Shown: one piece after another, positions 19,003-27,017 of the stretch
Numbering within the stretch: position 1 is the first letter of the stretch
Layout: every line of letters starts with the position of its first letter
DNA from: Bacillales bacterium UBA4691
GTDB lineage: Bacteria > Bacillota_I > Bacilli_A > RFN20 > CAG-826
DNA: 64,000 nt
Direction of reading: 5' to 3'
Assembly (NCBI GenBank): GCA_002404865.1
Contig: DHKP01000011.1
Span: 5,791 to 69,790, forward strand
Program-made: the position numbers and the translations under genes
The notes under the pieces: generated by a model
Database searches by the model: none
What the model was told of the DNA's origin: nothing
What the model saw: the letters and a program-made list of their open reading frames with translations, nothing else

Positions 19003-19812
19003 ATGTTTAAATATTTAAGGATTATTTTTTCGTGTGGATGGAAATTGCTATATATCTATTTTCGCTATATCGTCCGTTACGCTCGTCATCCGGAACGTTA
19101 TCCTCTAGAAGAGCGTTATCGTAGGGTGAAAGAGCTATTCGGGGTCGTTTTGGATCATTTTCGTTTGGACTGGAAAATTAAAGGCCTAGAAAATATCCGC
19201 AAACTCGAGAAAGAAGGTAAAACATTCCTTCTTGTTCCCAATCATTTAAGCGACTTAGATGCGATTTGCATTCTTTATTGGTGCGAAAAGCCTCTTACTT
19301 TCGTTGCCAAAAAAGAAGCGAAAAAATTCCCTTTTGTCGGGAAAGTAATTCAATCCATCGATGGCTATTTTTTGGATAGAAGCGATCTACGCGACGGCAT
19401 TAAGATGATTAAAGACACCACAGAAAAATTAGCAAGCGGAAAATGTTCCGTTCTTATTTATCCAGAGGGAACGAGGAATCGTGAACCTTCTGGTCCTTTA
19501 GCCTCTTTTCACGCCGGTTCTCTCAAAAGTCTTTATCGAGCGGGGGTCCCTGTTATTGCGGTTGCCCAATATGGCACGCAATATCCTCTTCACGCCGATA
19601 CGAATTTCAAGCGTTATCCAATTTATATGACATTTTTCCCGCCGATTTATAAGGAAGAATATGAAAAATATTCGGCGGTTGAGTTTGCTCCGATTCTCGA
19701 AGAAATGATTGCAAAGGAAGTTTATTCGGAACGTGCTTTAGCTGATTCTTATTTCTTATTAGATGAAGAAAAAATCCCATTGAGGGGAAAAAACGCTAAA
19801 ACGCTTCAATAA
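19003..19812 (+). CDS. plsC: 1-acyl-sn-glycerol-3-phosphate acyltransferase
   Basis: NHLSDLD (HX4D) and YPEGTR motifs. Confidence 0.85.
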   Translation: MFKYLRIIFSCGWKLLYIYFRYIVRYARHPERYPLEERYRRVKELFGVVLDHFRLDWKIKGLENIRKLEKEGKTFLLVPNHLSDLDAICILYWCEKPLTFVAKKEAKKFPFVGKVIQSIDGYFLDRSDLRDGIKMIKDTTEKLASGKCSVLIYPEGTRNREPSGPLASFHAGSLKSLYRAGVPVIAVAQYGTQYPLHADTNFKRYPIYMTFFPPIYKEEYEKYSAVEFAPILEEMIAKEVYSERALADSYFLLDEEKIPLRGKNAKTLQ

Positions 19813-20564
19813 GGTAACTCTTTTGCGAATTTAACCGCGTAATCGAACGCGTCTATTTGGCTTTTCTTTTCTTTGTCATCACCTAGATTTTCTCTATTCC
19901 AAATTGGGGCATCTAGCAAATCACCTCCGAAGAAGAAAGTGAAAAAACGGAAATTTCGATATTCCGAAAGGGCTTCTAGCCCTGCGCATTCCATATCAAC
20001 TGCAATGCATCCTTCTTTGGCGCGTCGTGTCATTTCTTCTTTCGTTTCATGATAAAAAGCGTCTGTTGTCCATGTCTTACCTTCTAGATATGGTACGTTT
20101 AGTTTTTGAAAGAATTTTGCAGTGATATCGCTTGTTTTTACGTTGATATAATCACTATTTTTATTGAAGTGATAGGAAAATCCCTCATCGCGATAAGCAC
20201 CAGTAGGAACGATGATTTTGCCTTTCGATATGTTTTGGTTTAGGATACCGCAGCTTCCGAAAACGATAAAATTGTTAGCCCCTGAAATATAATGGGCTTC
20301 ATCCATCATCATTCCTGCACTTGGCGCTCCGATTTGAGATAGATAAAAGAGGATTCGAGTACCTTTTATCCGATACAAAGGGGAGCGGGCGATGGATTCG
20401 CTGACGAGCCCAACTTGCTCACTTTCATATCTTTCTAACGCTTTCTTTAAAACATCTAAAGAAAAAAAGGCAATGCATGTATCTCCGTAATCGCCCTGAT
20501 TAGAACAAAAATCTTTAGGGCCCATGATGGGGGTTTCGCCTTCATGATAACTATCGGTAATCAT
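19806..20564 (-). CDS. PNP/UDP-1 family nucleoside phosphorylase (uridine-phosphorylase-like)
   Basis: FGSCG...VDMECAGLEAL pattern of the PNP_UDP_1 fold. 252 aa. Confidence 0.65.
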   Translation of the reverse strand: MITDSYHEGETPIMGPKDFCSNQGDYGDTCIAFFSLDVLKKALERYESEQVGLVSESIARSPLYRIKGTRILFYLSQIGAPSAGMMMDEAHYISGANNFIVFGSCGILNQNISKGKIIVPTGAYRDEGFSYHFNKNSDYINVKTSDITAKFFQKLNVPYLEGKTWTTDAFYHETKEEMTRRAKEGCIAVDMECAGLEALSEYRNFRFFTFFFGGDLLDAPIWNRENLGDDKEKKSQIDAFDYAVKFAKELPY

Positions 20565-20599
20565 TTATATCCTCCAAAAAAGAAGACGGGTTTTGCCCG

Positions 20600-21889
20600 T
20601 CATTCCCAGTCTCTACGTAAACCTTTTGGATAGTGGTTTTTTGCAATTCCTTGCGTAACTTTAACGTATCCGAGATTTCGTTTATCGTAGCTCACGATGT
20701 AAAAACCGTCCCTTCGGTCTAATTCAAACACATCACCGTGGACATATTTTTTTGCGTCCTCTAAAGAGATCGGAATGCTGTATTTGCTATCTAAAAAATG
20801 GGCTAAGTGGTGGTCGGGGATGAAAATATCGCGCATCTCAAATAATTTAACGCCATAGCGAAGCACATTAAGATGGGAGGTATCAAAATGTTGATATATG
20901 GAATAAAATTTATGGCGCATTTCCTCGTTGCTACGGTCAAGTAGGCCATATTCCCCCAAAAATTCTTTATAGCGAGGATAAGAAAGAACTTCCTTTTTCG
21001 TTTTAACGAGTTCACCTGGCTTTTTGAATAGGCAAATGAATTGGCCTTCCCCTTCGAAATGGGTTGGGAACAAATGCACGGCCTCAGGGACTTCTTTTGT
21101 CCGATAGAAGGAAGGGTCTTCTTTCAAAGGAACGAGTTCGATTTCTGGATGGCGGTTCTTCATGGAAAGAATGACATTGTCGTTTTCTTCGATATTGAAC
21201 GAACAAGTGCTATAAGAAATGGTGCCACCAGGTTTTAGCATCGAATAGGCAAGCTCAAGAATTTCGATCTGACGTTTGCTATTGCTTTTTACTTTCGTAT
21301 AGCTCCAGTCTTTTTTCGCTTCGCTATTTTTGCGCATCATTGCGCTACCGCTGCAAGGCGCATCGACAATGATTTTGTCAAAGGTGTCTTTAAAGTGAAT
21401 ATAGCTAAAAACAAAATCGTTGCTCGCTACGATAATATCGCCTCTTCCCATTCGCTCTACGTTTTGACTCATGGCTTTTGCGCGGGGATAAGAAATATCG
21501 TTGCTGATAATACAGCCTTTATCGTTCATTGCTAAAGAAGCCCCAATGGATTTTCCTCCAGGAGCTGCACACATATCCAAGATGACATCATCTTCTTCCG
21601 GATGAAGGAAATAGACCGGCATCATTGCGGCTGGGTCTTCAATCGAGAAAACGCCATCTTCATAAAGCATACTTTTTCCAAATTCGTATTCGGATTTGTC
21701 ATACAAATAGGCATGTTCCACAAAGGGATGCTTCTTCACATTCGGAAAACGGGAAAGAAATTCTTCATCACTCATTTTCTTTGTGTTCAAAAGTAAGGCG
21801 TGGGTCACCTTTCCTTCTTCAATGGAGGCAATCAAGGAGTCTGCTTCGCTTTCAGGTAAATACTCAAGTAAACTTTCTTTAAATGTCAT
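20600..21889 (-). CDS. rsmF: 16S rRNA m5C methyltransferase, RsmB/RsmF (NOL1/NOP2/Sun) family
   Basis: SAM motif DMCAAPGGKS, DAPCSGS and TCS catalytic Cys motifs, and a C-terminal PUA-like extension. Confidence 0.75.
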   Translation of the reverse strand: MTFKESLLEYLPESEADSLIASIEEGKVTHALLLNTKKMSDEEFLSRFPNVKKHPFVEHAYLYDKSEYEFGKSMLYEDGVFSIEDPAAMMPVYFLHPEEDDVILDMCAAPGGKSIGASLAMNDKGCIISNDISYPRAKAMSQNVERMGRGDIIVASNDFVFSYIHFKDTFDKIIVDAPCSGSAMMRKNSEAKKDWSYTKVKSNSKRQIEILELAYSMLKPGGTISYSTCSFNIEENDNVILSMKNRHPEIELVPLKEDPSFYRTKEVPEAVHLFPTHFEGEGQFICLFKKPGELVKTKKEVLSYPRYKEFLGEYGLLDRSNEEMRHKFYSIYQHFDTSHLNVLRYGVKLFEMRDIFIPDHHLAHFLDSKYSIPISLEDAKKYVHGDVFELDRRDGFYIVSYDKRNLGYVKVTQGIAKNHYPKGLRRDWE

Positions 21890-22033
21890 GGGCCTAATTA
21901 TAGGCGAAAAGTATAAAAAAAGATAGACGCTTACGATAATTAATAATATTTGAAATTTAAGATTTTGTACCTCGAGTTTGAAGAAAACATCTCGCGCTTT
22001 ATAATTGAAGTAATTTAATGAGGTTATTCGCTT

Positions 22034-23338
22034 ATGAGAATGGTTGATATTATTGCCAAAAAAAGAGATGGATTAGTTTTGTCCAAAGATGAAATTCGTT
22101 TCTTTATCCAAGGATATACGAATGGCTCTATTCCCGATTATCAAATGAGTGCGTTAGCGATGGCAATCGTTTTAAAAGGAATGAATAAAGAGGAAACCGC
22201 CTATTTAACGGAGGCCATGATGCATAGTGGCGAAACGATTGACCTTTCTTTGATAAAAGGGGTCAAAGTCGATAAACATAGTACGGGGGGAGTTGGCGAT
22301 AAAACCTCCTTGGCGCTTGGCCCATTGGTTGCTAGTTGCGGAGCAAAACTCGCTAAGATGAGTGGCAGAGGATTGGGCCATACGGGCGGGACGCTTGATA
22401 AGATGGAAAGTGTCCCAGGAATGTCGATTTCTTTAACGGATAAGCAATTTATTGATCAAGTAAATCGTATTGGTATCGCCATTATCGGCCAAACCGCCGA
22501 TATCGATCCGGCCGATAAAAAATTATATGCGCTTCGTGATGTTACCGCGACCGTTCAATCTATTCCTTTGATTGCTAGTTCCATCATGAGCAAAAAACTC
22601 GCTAGTGGGGCTGATGCTATTTTATTGGATGTCAAATTCGGCAGTGGCGCCTTTATGAAAACGATTGACCAAGCTCGTGAACTCGCGACCTGCATGGTTG
22701 AGATTGGCGATTCTTTGGGAAGAGATACGCGTGCGATTTTGACGGATATGGATGAACCTCTTGGCTTAGCGGTAGGAAATGCTTTGGAAGTCAAAGAAGC
22801 TATCGCAACCTTAAAAGGACATGGGCCAAAGGATTTTGTCGAGCTTGTCGTTGGGGCAGGCGCAATCATGCTTGAACAAGCTCATATTGCTTCTTCTTTT
22901 GAAGATGGAGGCAAAAAAATCCTAGAAGCGATCGAAAATGGCAAAGGTTTTGAAAAACAAAAAGAATTGTTCCAGGCCCAAGGCGGAGACATTTCATATC
23001 TTGATCATCCCGAAAAATTCCCTGTTTCAAAAATCATTACCCCAATATTTGCTTCTCGTGATGGATATGTCAAACGTATCGATTCTTTATCGATCGGTAT
23101 CAGCGCGATGAAGCTTGGCGCCGGAAGAGAAACGTTGTCGGATACAATTGATATGTCTAGCGGCATCGTTTTGAATAAAAAGGTGGGCGATAAAGTAAAA
23201 AAAGGCGAGTTACTCGCAACCGCTTATACAAATAAAAACGGTGTTGACGATATTTACTCCGATATTCATAATGCTTTCGTTTATAGCGATACCCCACTTA
23301 AAGTTCGCCCAATTATTCACGAATATATTCACAAATGA
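22034..23338 (+). CDS. pdp: pyrimidine-nucleoside phosphorylase
   Basis: DKHSTGGVGDK and GRGLGHTGGTLDK motifs. 434 aa. Confidence 0.9.
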   Translation: MRMVDIIAKKRDGLVLSKDEIRFFIQGYTNGSIPDYQMSALAMAIVLKGMNKEETAYLTEAMMHSGETIDLSLIKGVKVDKHSTGGVGDKTSLALGPLVASCGAKLAKMSGRGLGHTGGTLDKMESVPGMSISLTDKQFIDQVNRIGIAIIGQTADIDPADKKLYALRDVTATVQSIPLIASSIMSKKLASGADAILLDVKFGSGAFMKTIDQARELATCMVEIGDSLGRDTRAILTDMDEPLGLAVGNALEVKEAIATLKGHGPKDFVELVVGAGAIMLEQAHIASSFEDGGKKILEAIENGKGFEKQKELFQAQGGDISYLDHPEKFPVSKIITPIFASRDGYVKRIDSLSIGISAMKLGAGRETLSDTIDMSSGIVLNKKVGDKVKKGELLATAYTNKNGVDDIYSDIHNAFVYSDTPLKVRPIIHEYIHK

Positions 23339-23790
23339 GAGTTCTAGTTCAAGTCGTTAAAGAAGCTTCCGTCACAATCGAAGGGAAACTATATTCCCAA
23401 ATCAGAAAGGGGTTTTTGCTTTTCGTCGGTTTTACGGAAGGCGATGACATTTCTATCTTAGAAAAAATGGCGGATAAAGTCACAAAATTACGCATTTTTG
23501 AAGATTCGAACGGAAAAACGAATCTTTCGCTTCATGATGTTGATGGCGAAATCCTTTCGGTTAGTCAATTTACTTTATATGGAAACGCAAAAGAAGGAAA
23601 TCGGCCTTCTTTTGTCGAAGCGATGAAACCAATAGAAGCTAAAACGCTTTTTGCACTATGGAATAACTTATTAATGAAAAGATTCCCCCATGTAAAAACC
23701 GGTGTTTTCCAAGCGGATATGAAAGTAGGTCTTGTTAATGATGGGCCATTTACTTTGTGGTTAGATAGTAAGGAGCTATGGGGAAAATGA
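23335..23790 (+). CDS. dtd: D-aminoacyl-tRNA deacylase
   Basis: MRVLVQVV...SQFTLYG...GNRPSF...NDGPFT pattern. 151 aa. Confidence 0.9.
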   Translation: MRVLVQVVKEASVTIEGKLYSQIRKGFLLFVGFTEGDDISILEKMADKVTKLRIFEDSNGKTNLSLHDVDGEILSVSQFTLYGNAKEGNRPSFVEAMKPIEAKTLFALWNNLLMKRFPHVKTGVFQADMKVGLVNDGPFTLWLDSKELWGK

Positions 23791-24926
23791 GCGAAAAAGT
23801 ATTGCTTGGCTTAAGTGGCGGCGTCGATAGTGCAATTGCCGCTTATAAACTAAAGAAAAGCGGTTATGAAGTGACCGGTTGCTTTATGCGTAATTGGGAC
23901 GCCATGGCGAATAACGATTATTTAGGTAATCCCACCATTAATGATAATATTTGCCCACAAGAAGCTGATTACCATGATGCTCAAAAAGTCGCGGAGAAAT
24001 TAGGAATCTCTCTATTAAGAATCGATTTCATCAAAGAATATTGGGATAACGTCTTCGCTTATTTCCTGCGCGAATACGAAAGAGGCCGGACTCCTAATCC
24101 AGACGTTTTATGCAACAAATACATCAAATTCGATAGTTTTTTGAAATTCGCTAGCGAGAAAGGATTTGATTATATTGCAATGGGGCATTACGCCAAAAAA
24201 ATAACCAAAGATGGTCATGTCTATTTAGCGAAGCCTCTCGATGAGAAAAAAGATCAGACTTATTTTCTTTGCCAAGTTAATGAAGAGCAAATCGCTCGTT
24301 CTTTATTCCCGATGTGCGACATCACAAAAGTCGAATCACGAAAGCTTGCCGAAGAGCTCGGGCTTACCGAAGTCGCTTCTAAGCACGGCTCTACGGGAAT
24401 TTGCTTCATTGGCGAACGCAATTTCCGCGAGTTTTTGCATAACTATTTCCCTGCAAAAAAAGGCGATATCATCGATATTGAAAGCGGAAAGAAAATCGGT
24501 ACGCATATGGGTGTACTTTATTACACTCTCGGTCAACATAAAGGCTTAGGCGTTGGTGGAGTAAAAGGGCTAGGAGAAGAAGCCTGGTTTGTTTGCAAAA
24601 AAGATGTTAAGAATAATATTCTTTATGTCGCAAACGGGGATGAAGACGAACACCTCAATAGTGATTCTTGCCTTGTTACCGATATTAATTGGATTGGCGA
24701 AAAGCCTTCAAAGAGTCTTCCAGTCTTAGTGAAATTCCGTTATCGGCAGACCGATCAACCCTGTAGACTTCACTTCGAGGGAGATAACGTAAAATTAATT
24801 TACGATTCCCCTTATAAAGCAGTAACTCCAGGACAATTTGCCGCTTTCTATTTAGAAGACGGAAGAATGTTAGGGGGCGGAATCATTGACCAAACCTTTT
24901 ATCAGGGAAAACGGAATGACATTTGA
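23778..24926 (+). CDS. mnmA: tRNA 2-thiouridine(34) synthase
   Basis: PP-loop LSGGVDS, then NPDVLCN, then GICFIGE. An alternative ATG lies at 23787. Confidence 0.9.
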   Translation: MGKMSEKVLLGLSGGVDSAIAAYKLKKSGYEVTGCFMRNWDAMANNDYLGNPTINDNICPQEADYHDAQKVAEKLGISLLRIDFIKEYWDNVFAYFLREYERGRTPNPDVLCNKYIKFDSFLKFASEKGFDYIAMGHYAKKITKDGHVYLAKPLDEKKDQTYFLCQVNEEQIARSLFPMCDITKVESRKLAEELGLTEVASKHGSTGICFIGERNFREFLHNYFPAKKGDIIDIESGKKIGTHMGVLYYTLGQHKGLGVGGVKGLGEEAWFVCKKDVKNNILYVANGDEDEHLNSDSCLVTDINWIGEKPSKSLPVLVKFRYRQTDQPCRLHFEGDNVKLIYDSPYKAVTPGQFAAFYLEDGRMLGGGIIDQTFYQGKRNDI

Positions 24927-24944
24927 TTTTAATTGTTTAAGAAA

Positions 24945-26129
24945 ATGAAAAAGCCTTCCAAAAATTCAATTAAGGGGATGAAAATCTCCTTTCTTTTCAT
25001 CTTATTATCGACTTTTTCGCTTGGCGGTTGTGCTTTAGAATGGAATTTGGTTAGAGATTCATCAAGCAAACGTACTAGCTCCTCGAATGGTGACTCGATT
25101 AGTTCACTCGACTCTGCCAATAGTTCTAGTAGCGAAACAATCGGCGAAGGTGATTATTCTCCGATTTCCTTTCATTTTTTGACTCTTGGGAATAATTTCA
25201 ACGGCGACTCCATTTATATCAAAGCCGGGGATAACGATATTCTTATTGACGCAGGCAGCAGAATCAATAGCGCTCCAACGATTGAATCCTACATTGATCA
25301 ATATTGCAACGACAAAAAATTAGAATACGTTATTGCTACTCATGCACACCAAGACCATATTGCTGCCTTTAGTGGCGACGAGGGAATTTTCGCAAAATAC
25401 GAGGTTGGAACGATTATCGATTTTGGTGAAACAAAAGCGGTTGCTTCTTCCATTTATTCTAAATATTGCGAAGGCCGGGATGAATCGGTTAAAAATGGCG
25501 CGAAATATTATTCAAGCAAGCAATGTTTCTATGAAACTGATGGTGCCCAAAAAGTTTATTCTTTAGGAGAAGGGCTTTCGATGCGAATTCTATATCAAGA
25601 AGCCTATGATATTCCCCCTTCAAGCAATGAGAACAATAACAGTGTTTGTCTTCTTTTTGAGCAAGGCGAGAAAAAGATGCTTTTTACAGGCGACTTAGAA
25701 GAAAAAGGCTGCAAAAGTTTATTGGATGGTAATGAAATCGGCGAAGTTGATTTATATAAAGGAGGGCACCATGGCTCGATTAATGCAAACCCCGATTTCT
25801 TTCTTGATGAGATAAAACCAAAAACCATTTGTACGTGCTGTGTTGCTGGAAGCGAGGAATACACAGAAGTTAAAGAAAATACGATGCCTTATCAAAGAAC
25901 GATCGATAATTGGGCCAAATATACGGATGACGTTTATTTGACTAGTTATATGAAATACGATGCAGACCCCACTATTAAAGGCACTTGCATGGATTTAAAC
26001 GGGAACATAACCGTAAATTACAATAAAACGGGGCAAAAAAGCGTTAAAGGGAGCGCTAGTTCAGCAAAATTAAAAGATAGCGAGTGGATGAAAAATAATC
26101 GCACCATGCCAAAGAATTGGCTTTCTTAA
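24945..26129 (+). CDS. lipoprotein with a metallo-beta-lactamase fold (ComEC C-terminal-like domain)
   Basis: Signal peptide plus lipobox LSTFSLGGC, a Ser-rich linker, then GDSIYIKAGDNDILIDAGS, ATHAHQDHI and GGHHGS. The start is either ATG 24945 or TTG 24933. Confidence 0.7.
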   Translation: MKKPSKNSIKGMKISFLFILLSTFSLGGCALEWNLVRDSSSKRTSSSNGDSISSLDSANSSSSETIGEGDYSPISFHFLTLGNNFNGDSIYIKAGDNDILIDAGSRINSAPTIESYIDQYCNDKKLEYVIATHAHQDHIAAFSGDEGIFAKYEVGTIIDFGETKAVASSIYSKYCEGRDESVKNGAKYYSSKQCFYETDGAQKVYSLGEGLSMRILYQEAYDIPPSSNENNNSVCLLFEQGEKKMLFTGDLEEKGCKSLLDGNEIGEVDLYKGGHHGSINANPDFFLDEIKPKTICTCCVAGSEEYTEVKENTMPYQRTIDNWAKYTDDVYLTSYMKYDADPTIKGTCMDLNGNITVNYNKTGQKSVKGSASSAKLKDSEWMKNNRTMPKNWLS

Positions 26130-26206
26130 ATTACGATTAATATTGTGTAGTTTTTCCATCCTCTTTAGAGATTATTCGATATCCCGATTTTCAATAGACT
26201 TTCATA

Positions 26207-26833
26207 ATGTTGTTAGAAATAGCACGCTTATCGCAATGTTTTACGAGCAATTACGATAAAGTTCTCTCATGCAGGTGTGACTTTTGCACGAATAGAATCC
26301 CTATTGTTGTCTTGAAGGAAATTAATCTTTCTTTTAAAGATAAGGGCTATTTTTGATTATGGGAAAGTCAGAATCTGGCAAGACCGCCTTGTTTGGTGCA
26401 ATTGGTGGATTATTAACCTTGAACGACTAGAGAATACGAATTTGATGGCGTATCTCGCAAAAAGCTTTTCTAAAAAAAGAAGGATTTTTAGCGAACAAAG
26501 TTAGTTTTGTTTTCCAGGATTTTCATTTACTGGCCGATTTTTTGTGAAGAGAATCTTTTTCTTCCTTGCGCAAAAGGGGAAGAAACCATTGCATCGCTTT
26601 TAAATCTCGTTAGTTTGGGAAATAAGCGCGGAGTAGCAATTTCCGCTGTTTCTGGAAGCTAGAATCAACGTTTAGCCATTGCGCGCGCCTTAAACAAAGA
26701 AACAAAAGTTTTTTGCTTGATGAATCTAGAGGAAATCTAGACGCAAAATTATTGCAACTCTCACCTGGTCTATTAAATTCACGCGACTCTTTTATTTCTA
26801 AGATGAAGTGATAGAATTTGCTTGTAGAAGTTA
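26207..26833 (+). pseudogene. decayed ABC-transporter ATP-binding gene (MacB/LolD-like ATPase)
   Basis: Recognisable pieces lie in shifting frames. MLLEIARL...VLKEINLSFKDKGYF* ends at stop 26354. LIMGKSESGKTALFGAIGGL (Walker A) ends at stop 26428. EYEFDGVSRKKLF* ends at stop 26471. Further pieces are VSFVFQDFHLLADF, SAVSGS*NQRLAIARAL (signature plus an in-frame TAG at 26660) and VFCLMNLEEI* (Walker B/DEPT remnant). Confidence 0.8.
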
Positions 26834-27005
26834 AGCCCTTTTTTAGAGAGAGTTGCAGGGTGAAAAGACTCATTGGGCGCGCCGCTTCTAGACAATGCGA
26901 GTAATGTCGCCGCCACTTAGCGTTAATAAGTAAGCAAGAGCACCCTTAGGTGAAGAAGGATGGTACCGCGCAATTGCGTTCCTTCGTAAATGGGTGTTTT
27001 ATTTT
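26815..27005 (+). promoter_or_regulatory. T-box riboswitch leader of alaS
   Basis: AGAGAG...GGGTGAAAAG stem-I elements (26845-26868), T-box sequence GGATGGTACCGCG (26958-26970), then a GGGTG-TTTTATTTTT terminator tail just before the alaS SD. The 5' boundary is approximate. Confidence 0.7.
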
Positions 27006-27017
27006 TGGAGGATTATC

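Noticed and set aside
26610-26873. 87-aa minus-strand ORF in the interval upstream of alaS.
   Set aside because: It lies antisense to the recognisable ABC ATPase relic and the T-box stem I, and shows no motifs.
26994-27017. 8-codon N-terminal extension of alaS, and similar extensions at queA (45320-45370), pfkA (49781-49801), dnaE (59243-59260) and the MFS gene (62026-62103).
   Set aside because: In each case an internal ATG matches the conserved N-terminus of the family. Some of these (alaS, pfkA) are preceded by a clear SD. The extensions lack both features.
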